Positions 42,734 to 55,793 of a DNA stretch of 64,000 bases are shown piece after piece. How positions within the stretch are numbered: the first letter of the stretch is position 1; every line of letters begins with the position of its first letter. Position numbers and translations under genes: made by a program. The notes under the pieces are model-generated. The model was not told the DNA's origin and did not search any database. It saw only the letters and a program-made list of their open reading frames with translations. Source of the stretch: Thecamonas trahens ATCC 50062 (taxonomy: Eukaryota; Protista; Apusomonadida); NCBI RefSeq assembly GCF_000142905.1, contig NW_013657678.1, positions 434,001 through 498,000 of the forward strand, written 5' to 3'.

Positions 42734-43358
42734 GGCCGACACACACACGCACACAAGCACACGCACAAATTCGGCGAGATGTGTTGTCAGTCAGTAGCCT
42801 GGCTGGCTGGCTGGCGCTGGCTGTCTGGCTGGTGGTGGCAGAGGTGGTCGTGCCTGCCTGTTTCTCCCTTCTTCCGACAGATGTCGCACTCCGCTCGCCA
42901 AGGCGAGTCGCTGCCCTTTTGGCCACCGATGGAGACTCCCATCCCGCAGGTTTCGGTGGTGAGGGGTAGAGCGGGGCATTTATCAGCACCTACAATGATC
43001 CGATACGCGTTGATCCTGCGTGCTGCGGCACTGTCGGTGGCCTATCGACCCGGGCCGGGCTGAACAAAAGGGATCAGCCCCTTGCGGGAATCCCCCCTCC
43101 TATACTCCTTCAACCAAGATTTGCTTCCCTGCCACCTAGATCAGCTAGCTCAGCACTCTAATGCTTTGATCCATACTGATCTTGCGTGCTGCAGCGCTGC
43201 CGGTGGCCTACCGAGGCTGGCCGGGCCAGGCTGAGCAAAAGCAATCGGATCATCCCCCTTCCTCCCCGCCCCCCTACCCCCCCCCCCCCGCACCCCACAC
43301 CCACACGGTACACTCCACGCCAGAGAGTGAGACAGGGCACACAAGACATACTTTGGAG

Positions 43359-45974
43359 ATGGGGCGACGGAAGCCGAGGACGCCGCAACGGACAAGGGGC
43401 GGCAGGGAGGGAACAGGGCATACCGTGATGACCGTCACCTCGCCGGTCAACTATGGCACACCGGTGGCTCAAGGCCGCTCGCGGGGTCCGCTCGACGACA
43501 CACCGCTAGCACTGTATGCCCTGTTTGGTGAAGCCATCGATGAATCGCTAGGCAAAGCTCCTCTGAGTGAGCCATCTGATCACGCATCCGATCAGGCTTC
43601 GTTTGATGCTGAGCTCACACTGAGTGTGCTCCGCATGCCCGACGCCATCGAGCCCAAGCTCGCCCATCGATCGGTGGCCTGGATGAACAAGGCTGCCATG
43701 CGCGCTCGGGGCTGGGTCGGCGGTATTCGAGTCATGTTGGTGCGCGCTCCTTCTGTGGCGGCTGCCATCAATGGTCCGGACGGCGCTGATGGCGCTGATG
43801 GCACTGATGGCGCTGATGGCGCGGACAGCGCGAGCGAGGCCCTGGTGCATCTGTGGCCGTCCAAGCATGTGCCTGCCGGGTGTGTGTGCATGGACTCGTC
43901 CTCGCGGCGATCAGGTGGGCTGAGCTACGGCACCCAAGTTGCTCTTTGTCCGGCGCTCATTGCTGTGGCAGAGGCCACGCGGATGGAGGTCGAACTCAGA
44001 TCATCGGCTGCGTTGTGGGACAAGGTGCCGCCAGCCACCCTAGCGTCGCTTGTTCTTGGCGAAGCCATTGATCGGATCTTGCGACCAGGCTCGTGGTTCA
44101 AGACGTACGTGGGCGGAAAAAGTCTCTCAGTCGAGGTAATTGCGTTGTTTGGCGATGATGCTGAGACTTCTGGCTCGTGGCATCAGGTCTCGTCGCGGAC
44201 GGCTATTGTCAGCATGGATTTGGCTACCGCGACCGGCGTCGTCCGCCGTGTTGACTTTGACAGCTCTCAGGGCAGCAGTGGTGCAAGCTCGGACGGCTGG
44301 GTGCCCAAGGAGGTACCAGCGGAAGTTCTGGCGTCGGCGCTCCGTGTCGGCGGGCTCGACGACGAGCTTGAGGTTGTGCGCAAGCTGCTGCAGCGCGCGG
44401 TTGCCGGGAGCACCAATGCAACAATCCGCCCGGCCAAGGGCGTGCTCCTGTACGGCCCGCCGGGAACCGGCAAGACTGCAATGGTGCGGTCTCTGGCGCG
44501 CGAAGAAGGCGTCACGCTGTTTGTAGTCGACGGTGCCGAAGTGCTCTCCAAGTACTATGGCGAGACTGAGGCCAAGCTGGCGGCAGTTTTCAGCGCTGCT
44601 AGCGCCGCCTGCAGGCCGGCGGTTATCTTTGTGGATGAGATCGACGCGCTTGCTCCGTCCCGCGAGTCGGGCACGCTGACGCAGCTGGAGAAGCGCATCA
44701 CGTCCACGCTGGTGGGCCTGCTCGACGAACTGCACGCAAGCGACTCGGCAGTCTTGTTTGTGGCTGCCACCAACCGGGTGGCGGCGCTGGACCCGTCGAT
44801 GCGCCGGCCGGGACGACTCGACCGCGAGCTGGAGATCGGCGTGCCGTCGCCGAGCGGACGGGAGGCCATTCTCAGCGCCCACCTTGGCGCCCTTGACGCC
44901 GGGGTGTCTGCGGTGACACCTGCCGACATCAAGTGGCTGGCGAGCAAGACGCACGGATTTGTGGGTGCCGACCTTGCCGCACTCCTCCGCGAAGCCGGTG
45001 TCTACGCCATGCTCCACGGCTCTGCACAGTTGCGGATGGACGACTTTACAGCGGTGCTGGGCAAAGTCAAGCCATCAGCGCTACGCGAGCACGTGTTGGA
45101 CGTGCCTAACGTGCGCTGGGACGACATTGGTGGCCAGGCCGAGGCCAAGCAGGCGCTGCAGGAAGCTGTCGAGTGGCCGCTGCGGCATCCCGAGGCGTTT
45201 GTGCGGCTCGGCATCCGCCCACCCAAGGGCGTGCTTCTCTATGGCCCGCCGGGCTGCTCCAAGACCATGATGGCCAAGGCGCTTGCGACAGAGTCGGAGC
45301 TCAACTTTGTGGCTGTTAAGGGTCCCGAGCTGTTCAATATGTGGGTGGGCGAGTCGGAGAAGGCCGTCCAGGCGCTGTTTCGCAAGGCGCGGGCCGCCGC
45401 ACCGTGTATTGTGTTTTTTGACGAGATCGACGCGCTTGCCACCTCGCGCTCCGCCGCCGGCGGCGGTTCGTCCGTCCAGGAGCGGGTTCTCGCTCAACTC
45501 CTTCACGAGATGGACGGTATCGAGGCGCTGCACTCAGTTGTCGTCGTTGCGGCTACCAATCGGCCGGACAAGATCGACGCCGCGCTCCTCCGGCCCGGAC
45601 GCATGGACCGAGTGCTGCATGTCGGCCTGCCTGATGCTCCCGCCCGGGCCGCTATCATTACCAACGCGCTCGCCAAACTCGACGCCTCGCTTGTCGCCGC
45701 CGACGTAGCAAATCACCTAGCGACGACCCTGGTGCCTGCCCTCGACGGTTACACAGGCGCCGAAGTGGCTCATCTGGTCAAAGAGGCCTCACTTGCTGCA
45801 CTGGCTGAGGTCCTTGACGCCGCACAAGCCTCAGGTCTTGCTCCATCGGCCGCCAAGCCAATCCCCATCACTGCCGCCCACCTCGATGCCGGACTGGCAG
45901 CCCTCGGCCCGCCGCGAACCCCTCCCGATCTCCTGCAGTTCTACGCCGACTACGCCGCATCGATATCTGCCTAG
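43359..45974 (+). CDS. AFG2: Type II AAA+ ATPase AFG2/Drg1/SPATA5-like
   Basis: D1 [38 protein letters not shown]2 [40 protein letters not shown]. The GCSKT variant is typical of AFG2. Confidence 0.88.
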   Translation: MGRRKPRTPQRTRGGREGTGHTVMTVTSPVNYGTPVAQGRSRGPLDDTPLALYALFGEAIDESLGKAPLSEPSDHASDQASFDAELTLSVLRMPDAIEPKLAHRSVAWMNKAAMRARGWVGGIRVMLVRAPSVAAAINGPDGADGADGTDGADGADSASEALVHLWPSKHVPAGCVCMDSSSRRSGGLSYGTQVALCPALIAVAEATRMEVELRSSAALWDKVPPATLASLVLGEAIDRILRPGSWFKTYVGGKSLSVEVIALFGDDAETSGSWHQVSSRTAIVSMDLATATGVVRRVDFDSSQGSSGASSDGWVPKEVPAEVLASALRVGGLDDELEVVRKLLQRAVAGSTNATIRPAKGVLLYGPPGTGKTAMVRSLAREEGVTLFVVDGAEVLSKYYGETEAKLAAVFSAASAACRPAVIFVDEIDALAPSRESGTLTQLEKRITSTLVGLLDELHASDSAVLFVAATNRVAALDPSMRRPGRLDRELEIGVPSPSGREAILSAHLGALDAGVSAVTPADIKWLASKTHGFVGADLAALLREAGVYAMLHGSAQLRMDDFTAVLGKVKPSALREHVLDVPNVRWDDIGGQAEAKQALQEAVEWPLRHPEAFVRLGIRPPKGVLLYGPPGCSKTMMAKALATESELNFVAVKGPELFNMWVGESEKAVQALFRKARAAAPCIVFFDEIDALATSRSAAGGGSSVQERVLAQLLHEMDGIEALHSVVVVAATNRPDKIDAALLRPGRMDRVLHVGLPDAPARAAIITNALAKLDASLVAADVANHLATTLVPALDGYTGAEVAHLVKEASLAALAEVLDAAQASGLAPSAAKPIPITAAHLDAGLAALGPPRTPPDLLQFYADYAASISA

Positions 45975-46140
45975 CTCCCCCCTCCTCCCCTGACGCAAAT
46001 GTATACACCATCATCACTCATTGCCTCGTCGCTCACTACCAGTCCCCCCCTGTCCCTGCCCCCCCTTCTCCCGCCACCCAACGATCGCCCCCCCCCCCCC
46101 CCACTCCCACCCTCCAACCCTACTTCCACCCCCTACCCTC

Positions 46141-48081
46141 ATGTCTGGCGCCGGAAGCCAGTCCAGCGGGACGTTCCGTGGACAGGCCTCTGTCCGACTT
46201 CTCAATGGGGTCATTCGTGAGGCGTTCTCTGTCTCGTCGGAGCTCAAGGTCATGGTGGTGGACAACCTTGCACTGCGGGTACTCTCCTCGGCACTGAGAG
46301 TCTTTGACTTGATGGAAGAGGGTGTGACTCTGGTGGAGAAGCTCGAGCTCTCACGCCAGCCGCTTCGGTCTATGGAGGCTCTCTACATGATTGCCCCTAC
46401 CAGGTCATCGGTGGAAGCCATGCTCGAGGACTATGCCTCGTCGAAGTCACGCAAGTACGGCGATGCCCACGTCTACTTGATCGCCCACCTGCCCGACGAC
46501 CTCATGGCTCTCATTGCCGCCTCACGTCTGGCCAAGCGCATCAAGACCCTCAAGGAGCTGCCGTCCGAGTTCCTTGTTCCCGAGGCAAACGTCTTTACCC
46601 TCGACATGCCGTCGGGCCTGTACTCGGCCTTTGCACCCGCTGCGGTCTCGTCGCGCAAGCGGCGCAAGCACGCGGCAGAGCTTGGAGCCAAGCTCTTGGG
46701 CGTCGCTGCCACTCTCGGCGTCAAGCCGGTTGTCCGCTACGCTGGTGGCTCGCCGCTGGCGCGGCTGATCGGCCAGGCGCTCGTCGAGCAGGTCAACGCC
46801 GACAAGGCCGCCCCGCTGTTTGCCAGCGGAGGGCAAGGCGTCGCCGCGCCGGTCATTCTCATTGTCGACCGGTCGGTCGATGTTCTGGCGCCACTGCTGC
46901 ACGAGCTGACGTACCAAGCCATGTGCTACGACCTGCTCCCGCTCGACGGCGCCAAGTACGAGTACAAGTACACCGATGGCTCGGGTGCCAAGCAGAGCAA
47001 GACGGTGCTGCTCGACGAGTCGGACCCACTGTGGATCTCGCTCCGGCACATGCACATCAAGGACGCCATCGACTGGGTCCAGGCCCAGTTTGCAGACTTT
47101 CTGCGCTCGAACCGCGCGGCCCAGGCCCGTGGCCAGCGGATGGACTCACTCCGCGACATGTCGGCCGCCATCCGCGCCCTTCCGCAGTACCAGGAGCTCC
47201 TGTCCAAGTACGCGCTGCACATTCAGGTGTGCCAAGACAATCTTGCGGTCTTCAACGAGCGCAATCTCGAGGCCGTCATCGGCGTCGAGCAGGACATGGC
47301 GCTAGGCGAGGACGCCAACGGCCAGCCAGTCTCTGAAGTCATGTCGGCTCTGCTCCCGCTGCTGCAGGACCCAGCCATCTCTATCCATGACAAGAAGCGC
47401 CTTCTTCTCATCTACATCATCTCGCAGGAGGGCATCCGACCCGCCGAGCGGGCCAAGCTTATGGAAAAGGCCCGTATCTCGCCCGCAGACCAGAACATGG
47501 TCTCCAATCTCACCCATCTGCAAGTTCAGGTCCAGTCCATGCCGTCGCGTCGCAAGGCCAAGAAGAAGAAGAAGAAGAAGTCGCGCCGCCGCGCCGCTGC
47601 CGACGAGGACGTTGGCTACGAGCTCTCGCGCTTCACCCCGGCGCTCAAAGCCGTCATGCACGACCTGGTCTCCGGCTCGCTCGACGAGCAGGCCTGGCCC
47701 ACCGTCGCAGGCTCGCTTCCCGATGCCGTCGCCACGGGCGCCTCGGCTCCGTCTGCCCGTGGCAAGTCGGTCCGCACCCGTCAGTCCAAGTGGGCTGCCA
47801 AGCGCAAGAACAAGGACAAGGGCAAGGCTGACGCCGACGGCGCCACCTCCTCCACGACCTCCCAGGACACCTTTGTCATCTTTATTGCCGGTGGCATGTC
47901 GTACTCGGAGATGCGCGCCGCCTACGAGATCGCCGCCGCCTTCCGCCATGTTAACCTCATCATCGGCTCCACCGACATTGTCACCCCGCTCCAGTTCATG
48001 GACCAGCTTGCCGACCTCGACCCGTTCGAGCCGCTCTACCCCGACGACATCGACGGCATCTCTGGCCCATCTGCTGTTTAG
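46141..48081 (+). CDS. SEC1: Sec1/Munc18 (STXBP) SM protein
   Basis: KVMVVD..DLMEEGVTLVE..RQPL..EALY; DRSVDVLAPLLHELTYQAMCYDL; LRHMHI; ALPQYQ..LSKYALH; VEQDMA.G; YELSRFTP; FIAGGMSYSEMRAAYE; IIGST. Confidence 0.95.
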   Translation: MSGAGSQSSGTFRGQASVRLLNGVIREAFSVSSELKVMVVDNLALRVLSSALRVFDLMEEGVTLVEKLELSRQPLRSMEALYMIAPTRSSVEAMLEDYASSKSRKYGDAHVYLIAHLPDDLMALIAASRLAKRIKTLKELPSEFLVPEANVFTLDMPSGLYSAFAPAAVSSRKRRKHAAELGAKLLGVAATLGVKPVVRYAGGSPLARLIGQALVEQVNADKAAPLFASGGQGVAAPVILIVDRSVDVLAPLLHELTYQAMCYDLLPLDGAKYEYKYTDGSGAKQSKTVLLDESDPLWISLRHMHIKDAIDWVQAQFADFLRSNRAAQARGQRMDSLRDMSAAIRALPQYQELLSKYALHIQVCQDNLAVFNERNLEAVIGVEQDMALGEDANGQPVSEVMSALLPLLQDPAISIHDKKRLLLIYIISQEGIRPAERAKLMEKARISPADQNMVSNLTHLQVQVQSMPSRRKAKKKKKKKSRRRAAADEDVGYELSRFTPALKAVMHDLVSGSLDEQAWPTVAGSLPDAVATGASAPSARGKSVRTRQSKWAAKRKNKDKGKADADGATSSTTSQDTFVIFIAGGMSYSEMRAAYEIAAAFRHVNLIIGSTDIVTPLQFMDQLADLDPFEPLYPDDIDGISGPSAV

Positions 48082-48216
48082 ATGGTGTTAAAAGCGTGAA
48101 CATACCCCGGCAACTTGATCCGTGCTGGCACGAGCCCTACCCTCGCTGCCGTCGGCCCACCGGCCGCCGACTACACTCCCCGGCCACCTGACTCCCTCCC
48201 TCACCTATCCACCACC

Positions 48217-49688
48217 ATGGCGACAGACTGGCTCCTTGAACGCGGACTTCTTCCCGACTTTCTCATCCGCATGGGCATTCGCCGCCAGCTCGGACAGCGG
48301 TAAGGCCCTCCCATCCCCCCCCTGTCTTCCTCCCCCTGTCCCCTCTGCCCCCCCCTCCCCCTCCCCCTCGTCCTGCTCCCGTCAGCCATTTGCGCCAACA
48401 GTGTTTGACCAACCACTCTGGCTTGCTGCACCCATGGTGCTCCCCCCCCCCCCCCCACCAAAGCCAATATCTTGGCCTGGTCTCTTTTCGACGCCCATGA
48501 TGCTGCAACTCGTGTGAGCCTTTCTCCTTGACTGCTTGCTTGACTGCTGTCGTACTCTGCCTGCTACTCCTCGGGCCTTCGTCGCTGGCTTTCTTTGCTC
48601 GGCGGGAAAGAGTTGGGCAAAGAGCCGATAGAGATCGAAAAAAACAGGGCAGTGGCGGTGGAGAGGTAGAAAAGCGATGTCAGGAGAGGCACAAAGGCAA
48701 GTCCATACTCACTTACTCGGGTTTTCTGGTCGAGTCCAACAGGCTGGAGCAGGAGATGCGGAGCGATGAGTCTGAGGCCGCCGAGGCCAAGGCCAACTAC
48801 GTGGCCAAGCTGAAGCAGATGCCGATCGCGGTGGCAACGGACGACGCCAACGAGCAGCACTACGAGGTCGATGATCGGTTCTACCAGATCTGCCTGGGCA
48901 AGAACCTCAAGTACTCATCGTCGATCTACCCCGAGGGCGTGACGACGCTCGACGCTGCCGAGGATGCCATGCTCGAGCTTACGTGCTCCCGTGCGCGGCT
49001 GGACAACGGACTCAACATCCTGGAGCTTGGCTGCGGCTGGGGCTCGCTCTCGCTGTTCATGGCGGCCAAGTTCCCCGGCTCAACGATCACCTCGGTCTCC
49101 AACTCGAAGACGCAGAAAAAGTACATTGACGACACGGCGGCCGAGCGCGGGCTGACCAACCTGACGGTCATCACCTGCGACATCAACGACCTCGACCTCG
49201 ACGAGTCAGTCTACGACCGGGTGGTCTCAGTCGAGATGTTCGAGCACATGAAGAACTACCAGGTGCTGATGGGCAACATCTCGCGCTGGCTGGTGCCGGA
49301 CGGCATGCTCTTTGTCCACATCTTTGTCCACCGCACCGTCGCCTACGACTTTGAGCAGGACTCGTGGATGGGCCGCTACTTTTTCACCGGCGGCACCATG
49401 CCCTCGGACGATCTGTTGCTGTACTTCCAGGATGCCATGGCCATCACCCAGCACTGGCGCGTCGACGGCCGCCACTATGCCCACACCTGCGAGGACTGGC
49501 TCCGCAACATGGACAACAACGCTGCGGAGGTTCGCGAGATCTTTGCCCAGTGCTACGGCGACGAAGCCACCAAGTTCTTCAACTACTGGCGCGTCTTCTA
49601 CCTTGCCTGCGCCGAGCTCTTTGCCTACAACAATGGCCAGGAGTGGTTCGTCTCGCACTATCTCTTCACCAACAAGAAGAACCAATGA
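48217..49688 (+). CDS. SAM-dependent methyltransferase, cyclopropane-fatty-acid synthase/coclaurine N-methyltransferase-like; intron 48300-48742
   Basis: Exon 1 [18 protein letters not shown] followed by GTAAG. Exon 2 [76 protein letters not shown]. Confidence 0.92.
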
Positions 49689-49749
49689 ACGCCATCAGGC
49701 CGGCTTGCCACTCTGCCCTCGCTCCGCGACCGGTTGCTCCGCAACTGCA

Positions 49750-50889
49750 TTATCGCCGCCACACTGCCCGGTAAACTACAAAGCCCAGCGCTGCCGCTGC
49801 CGCGCCGGCCAGTCCGGCGACGGTAAGCGACGGCGCCGCTTCGTGGCGGACCAGCTCGCCCACACCGTGCATCATTTGCATCGGCAGTGCAGCAAGATCG
49901 GCGCCGGCGGCCCAGCTACTAGTTCTCGATTCCCCCTCGTCGTCGCTCTCGTCTGACAACGAGCCGCTGTTGTTGCCGTGGGCAGCCGGCGGCGGGAAGA
50001 GTAGGACCCGCTCACTCGCCTCGCCCGGCGACGTCCGTGCAATCCTCTCCGGATGGGCCTCCCAGTACCGGCGCTCCTCTTCGGCCTCCAGCTCGGCGAG
50101 CAGCTCGTACAACACGCTTCGCGACGCGTCTTCCAGCTTGAGGATCCGGACTACAAGCTCTTGCATGGCCTTGGAGTGCATCTGTAACAGGCGCTTGACG
50201 TGGATGTTCTGCGCAAAATCGACCGGAAGCTTGCCATCACGCGATCGGGCCTCTACGTTGGCACCGTGTCCAACAACCAGGGCTTCGACAACCCGGACAT
50301 GCCCGCGTGATGCCGCATAGTGAAGCGGCGTGCAGCCAAACTTGTTGCGGACATCCACGCCACACCCGATCCCGATGAGGTACTCCACCACTTGCCCGTG
50401 CCCGGCCGCCGCCGCCCAGTGCAGCGGCGTCCATCCGTTCTTGGCCGATGCCTCTCCTGACAGACCGTATTCTTCCACCAGCGCCTGCACTACCCTTAGA
50501 TGACCGCCGTGCGCTGCCGCATGAACCAGCGTCCATCCGTACTACCGGTATCCGTCCCGAGTCGCCACACACGCCAAGGCCCCGAGCCGCCCCAGTCCAC
50601 CAGTCCCCGAATCCACCCAATTTTTCCCGTTAGTCTCCCCTGCCCGATCGCCCTGGCCCAACCCTGCACCACCTACCGGCAACCCCCTTGCTCTTTTGCT
50701 TGCGATGCCGCTACCACAACATGCCCGTCGCCCTCGCCCGCGCTCACCTACCGCGTCCACCACGTCGACACGGCCACCAGGAGCCTCTGCAAGGGTGCGC
50801 ACACGGTTGAGGTCACCCTCAGTCACTGCGTCCCATAATGCTGATGGTGAGCCTGTGCTGGTCGAGGATCGTCGTCTGCTGCTTGCCAT
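49750..50889 (-). CDS. Ankyrin-repeat protein with C-terminal transmembrane anchor; intron 50542-50751
   Basis: LWDAVTEGDL..VDA|YGWTLVHAAAHGGH; NGWTPLHWAAAAGH; FGCTPLHYAASRGH; tail LTVAGLAGAAAAALGFVVYRAVWRR. Confidence 0.87.
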
Positions 50890-51674
50890 GGCTCGAGTGA
50901 CGTGGTGCTGCTCGCTGTGCGGCTGCTGCTGTGGCACCGGTTGAGCATCTGCCAGGCACGATTGCACTCTTGGCGACAGAAGCCAATCCCGCAAGCCGAC
51001 CAGCCGATCAGACCCGGTCACCGCAAGGTAGCTGAGCCTCATTAGGGTTGTAAGGTTGGTGTCGACTGCCGCCGTCTATCGCATTCATCTGCGCTGCTCG
51101 GTGCTCCACGACGAGACCATCATGGGTGAGAAGGAGTCAGACACAGGGACGAGATGTCTTTGCAGCACAGATCTGCACCAACAACACACTCCCTTGATAT
51201 CTGTACTATCACGACCGTCTTGTGGACATGCGCGTGCCCTCTGTGCCTCTCTCCGAGCGCATCGGAGCCAAAACCGGCCTGGGACGACAAAAAACATGAT
51301 CGCACCAAATCTTTGCCCCAAACCCACGCACTTTCACTTCTTCCCTCCCCCCCCCCCCCCCCCACCCTGCTATTCAACGTGGTCAACCTCGGCTACTCAC
51401 TCCCTTTGACCCCCTCCCCTCCCTCCTCTCTCCCATCGTCATCATCTTTTCTCCTCTCCTCCCACGACGAGGCAGTATTTATCCTTTTGCCGCTCTACGG
51501 GAGAAAAAACCAATTCTTCGACTGTGCGGAATGCCAAAAGGCTCTCTGCGCACGACGTGTCGCCGGCAGCCCGCTGGCACCTACACCTACGCCTACGCCT
51601 ACGCCTACGCCTACCCATCCACACCCACACCCATACTCCACTCGAGGTCAACTGCCCCCCCCCCCTACCACACC

Positions 51675-53276
51675 ATGCATGCTTTCGCTTTGGTGCACGC
51701 ACTGGTTGTTGTTCTCCTGGTGGCAGCCGTGGTCAATGCGAGCACCTCGGACGAGTTGACAGGCCTTGACGTCATGGACGCGCGTGAGAGTGTGGTTGTT
51801 GGCGCGACGGATGGTCAAGGTAATGAGGTGAAGGCCCAGATGATGGACTCGGGCAGCGGAGGGGCTTTGTTTGGAAAATTGGCTCGCTGCCTGTCGCCAC
51901 TGCTGGCAAGTCTGGTTGATCTGAGCGAGAATGCCGCACGCCCGGACAAGACCGTCATGATTGAGGCGAGGAGCTGCTTCCTTGACGTCATGGCCGAGGC
52001 TGAGGCTGGTGATGCAGGTTGTGTTCATGGCGCGGGTATTGATGCTGCCGTCGCGCTCGCTGGTTTGGCGCTGGTTGACGGAAAGATGGAGCTTGTGGCC
52101 GCGAGCCAGGCTCTCTACACGCTGCGAGCCAGGCTGGCCTCGCGGGGCGGTTGCATTGTCGGCGCGCCCGGCTTGAACCGCTATCAGCTGCGCAACTCGA
52201 TGGGACGGCTTGACGCTATGCGAGGCTACCTTGCTGAGTTTTCCAGCCCAGCTGACGTCCAGCGCGCCCGCGAGCTCCTGGCGTCGGCGCGGATGCTGGC
52301 CGTGGATCCGTCGTCGTGCTTCATGTGCTACGACGACTACCACTCGCGGCCGATGGGCTATGTTGGTCGCTCGATGGAGAACTCGTCACCGTTCACCCAC
52401 TATGCGGCGCCACTGGCACGACTCCTCCTCTTGCGCACCTCGCTCGAGACGCTCCACCTTTGGGCTCCGTCGGCCGCCGCCGATCTCGGCGCGAGCATCG
52501 ACGCCCGGCATGGCCACCATCGGACTGGAACACCAGTTCCTACTGCCGACAATGGGTACTCGGATACCACTGCCGAGCCTGTGAGCATTGGGTGGTCCGG
52601 CCTTGCCACCACCAACGCGTCTCGTGTCGCCGGTGCTGGCGCCGAGCTCGCTGGCAACGACTTTGGCTACGGCCACCTGCAGCACGTGCTCTCGCCGTAC
52701 GAGCTCACTCTCCTCGTTGAGTATTATGACTCGTGTGTCGACGGCGAGTTTGTGGTGTGGGAGGATCTCGAGCAGGGCCGGCGAACGGCCAAGTCAGAGC
52801 GGGTCGGCTACTTTCTCAACGTTGCACTCGCCCCGCTCGCCGAGGCCGTGCTCTCCCGTCCAGTCAAGGTCGCCTACTCGTTTTACTCAGACTACGCCAT
52901 CGATCCGCGCCTCGGCCAGCCAGCACACGCACTCTTCCCTCACACCGACCGTGAGGACAACCAGTACACGTTCTCGATCCAGGTCGCCTTTCAGGGCGAG
53001 CCCGGCGCCGACGCGCACTGGCCGCTCTACGTCGACCAGCTCGAGACGCTGCCCATGCGCGCATCCTGGCGCCAACAGCCTGATCGGTCGACCACTACCG
53101 CGGTGTACCTGGTCTCTGGCGACGGGCTTCTGTTCCAGGGCCGCAGCCACATCCACTTTCGCAGCCCCTTGCCCAAGGGCGTCTCGCGTGTCGCCAATAT
53201 CATCCTTCACTACGTCGACTCGGACTTTGACCTCCGCCACTACAAGGAGCGCCAGTGGATTGATCCGGACATTTAG
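51675..53276 (+). CDS. Secreted protein with C-terminal 2OG-Fe(II) oxygenase domain
   Basis: Signal peptide MHAFALVHALVVVLLVAAVVNA. AYSFYSDY..LFPHTDREDNQYTFS..WPLYV..LVSGDGLLFQGRSHIHFR..IILHY supplies an HxD...H triad. Confidence 0.72.
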   Translation: MHAFALVHALVVVLLVAAVVNASTSDELTGLDVMDARESVVVGATDGQGNEVKAQMMDSGSGGALFGKLARCLSPLLASLVDLSENAARPDKTVMIEARSCFLDVMAEAEAGDAGCVHGAGIDAAVALAGLALVDGKMELVAASQALYTLRARLASRGGCIVGAPGLNRYQLRNSMGRLDAMRGYLAEFSSPADVQRARELLASARMLAVDPSSCFMCYDDYHSRPMGYVGRSMENSSPFTHYAAPLARLLLLRTSLETLHLWAPSAAADLGASIDARHGHHRTGTPVPTADNGYSDTTAEPVSIGWSGLATTNASRVAGAGAELAGNDFGYGHLQHVLSPYELTLLVEYYDSCVDGEFVVWEDLEQGRRTAKSERVGYFLNVALAPLAEAVLSRPVKVAYSFYSDYAIDPRLGQPAHALFPHTDREDNQYTFSIQVAFQGEPGADAHWPLYVDQLETLPMRASWRQQPDRSTTTAVYLVSGDGLLFQGRSHIHFRSPLPKGVSRVANIILHYVDSDFDLRHYKERQWIDPDI

Positions 53277-53291
53277 CACAGTTAAAACAGA

Positions 53292-55761
53292 CTACACACG
53301 GAGCACAGCCTTGACCTTGCGATACATCGACTTGGTGATGTCCAGAATCCACCCGACTCGTTTGATGGCCGGCAGCAGCGCGTCGTCGCTCATCTCGGCC
53401 TGTACGGCCCGTGCCACGTTGCGGACCGCAACCTTGAGCTCCTTGAGCTTGGCGTCCTCGCCGGCCGCCAGGTGCTGTGCATTCTTCACCGCGGCAGCGA
53501 GCGGCTCACTGAGCTCAGACTCGGCCGCGGCGGCCGCCAGTGCCATGCCCGCGTCGGCGATGTTGCGGACTGCAACGACAAGCGCCACGTCTGCCATAAG
53601 CTTCTTAACACCCTTGGCGTACGCCGCTGCCAGCATGTCAAACTTCTTGCGCTTCTCTTTGCGCGCGGTCTTGTCCATAACTACCACTTTGCGGCCTGTC
53701 GACGCCATCGCACCTGCCACGGCCGAGAGCTCGTGCACAAGCGACGGTGCCAGCGAGACGTGCGCAGTGCTTGTCTCGTTGTCGTTCGCTTCGGCCACCA
53801 GCCGCTGCGCAGTCTGCACCAGCCGCCCGACCGGCCCGTCGTGAAGTTCGCACACCGCCTCGTGGCGAGCTGACGACTTGCCCTCCACTAGCTTGTGGAA
53901 GCTTGGCGCCAGAGCATCGACCACTGTGGCCACATCGCCGACCCATAGCCGTCGCGTCGCGCCCGACGCCACATGCAGCGACCGCGGCGCTGTCCGATGC
54001 CGCGGCTGGCTCGACGCCACCGTGCCGCGCAGGCCACGGCTTCGGCTCGGCGCTGCGCTTCCAGCCTTACTCTTTCCTCCACCGCGTTCGGCCTGAAGCT
54101 CGTTAACCGCCGCCACCATCGACGACAGCGCCTTGACGCCGTCGTGGAATGCCTGCGACGACGCAGCACTCGCCTTGGCGTCGCTCACTTCGCCATCGCG
54201 GAGCACCCGCTTGACCGTCGCCCAAAACGACTTGACCGAGTCGAGCCCAAGCTCGAGGGCGCGCATGACACCACCGAGCCCAAAGTCCTTGGTGTGCTCA
54301 ACCACAGCTTTGCGCGCTGCTTTCAGTAGCATTCGCGCCGTCTTGCATGACGTCTTGAGCGTCTTGGGAATGACCACATTGAGCGCAACTCCGCCGGCTT
54401 CCAGTAGCGCCGCGCAGTGCAGCACTGCTTTGGCCGCCACAATGGCGTACGCCAGCATCGGTTGGCCACCGACCTCGTGGAGCACCTCCTCCGGAGGGAC
54501 CAGCGACGACCGCAGCCGCGGTGCGTCGTCTGGCAGCCGCTCAATCGAGCCGCACACCGGCTCGCGCCACAGCACCACTCCGCGTGACGACTCGTACATG
54601 ACGTCTTCGTACAGCGGTGACCACTGCTCCACCCACGTTTCGTCCGGGTTGGCGTCGGGCGCGTCGAGGTCAGCGCCCGAGCCGGCTGCTTGCATCCGCT
54701 TCATGACGCGGACCATGACCTCGCCGATCGCCGCCGCCACGCTGATAAATACGTTCTCGGCCTCGACCACGTGGCTGCTGCCAAGGCTCTCTCCGCTGGC
54801 GTCGTCGCATTGGGCGGCGGCGGCGGCGCGAACGCCACTTTGAGTAAGCGTTGCCACGAGCTCGTGGAGCGTCGTCGCGGTTGTGTCCCGCCCACGGGTC
54901 TCGCACTGGCCGGCAACCATTTCCATGGCGCCGGCAACTTCGGCCATGCGCTTGACGAGGACGCGCGCAAGCTCGCGCTGACCAGACTTGGCATGGGCCG
55001 TCGCCACTGCATGCCCATACAACGACTGCAGTGAGCGGGCAAAGACATGCCAGTTGCCCTCATCGGTGCGGAGCACAGCTTGGCGCCGCTCTGCAACCGG
55101 CGACACCGCAGTCGGTGCACCCGCACCGCTTGACTCACCCGCATCGTCCGACTGAGTGTTGTCCGAGTCGACGCCATACAGACCTTGCTCCAGCTCCGAG
55201 CCTAGGACGTAGACATCGTCCTCTAGAAGCTGTGCAAGCTCATGCATGAACTCGGGCGTTGCCGCTGTTGGATCGGAGCGAATAGTGCCGACGGCCTTGG
55301 CAAGAAGCTGGACCACCTCCCTCACGTCCTCGACAAACTCTTCGTTGATCTGAGCAGCGTCGGTGGCAAGATCCGCCACGGCCTTGAGCTCTTTGAGCAC
55401 GTCGATGCCGCGCGAGACGAGGCCATCAACCGAGTCCGTGGCAAACATGGCGTCAACCGCCATCTGGACCCGGACGCCTGCAACCTGCAGGGGCGGATCG
55501 CTTGAGCCCGACTCACAGAGTGAGGTCCACGACTCGTGCCGCACCATGTGGGTCGGCACGTCCGAGTACGAGAGAAAATCGTCGTCACAGTAAGTCTCTT
55601 CCAGGGCTAGATGCCCGTTCGCATCGCCGCCGGTCGCCCCGAACAGCGCCACAAGCGTTGCAGTGAGCGTCTTGGTAGCGTGTCCGACGCCAGAGAGGGC
55701 TTCCACTGCTGCGCCAAGGGCGCGGTCGAGCGCTTCATGTCTGTCCTCATGTGATGAGGAC

Positions 55762-55793
<32 letters not shown>

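Noticed and set aside
51586-51613. (CCTACG)n hexamer, with a similar run at 60199-60217, as telomere-like repeat
   Set aside because: Only 3-5 copies, internal, and not a known telomeric unit; ordinary microsatellite.
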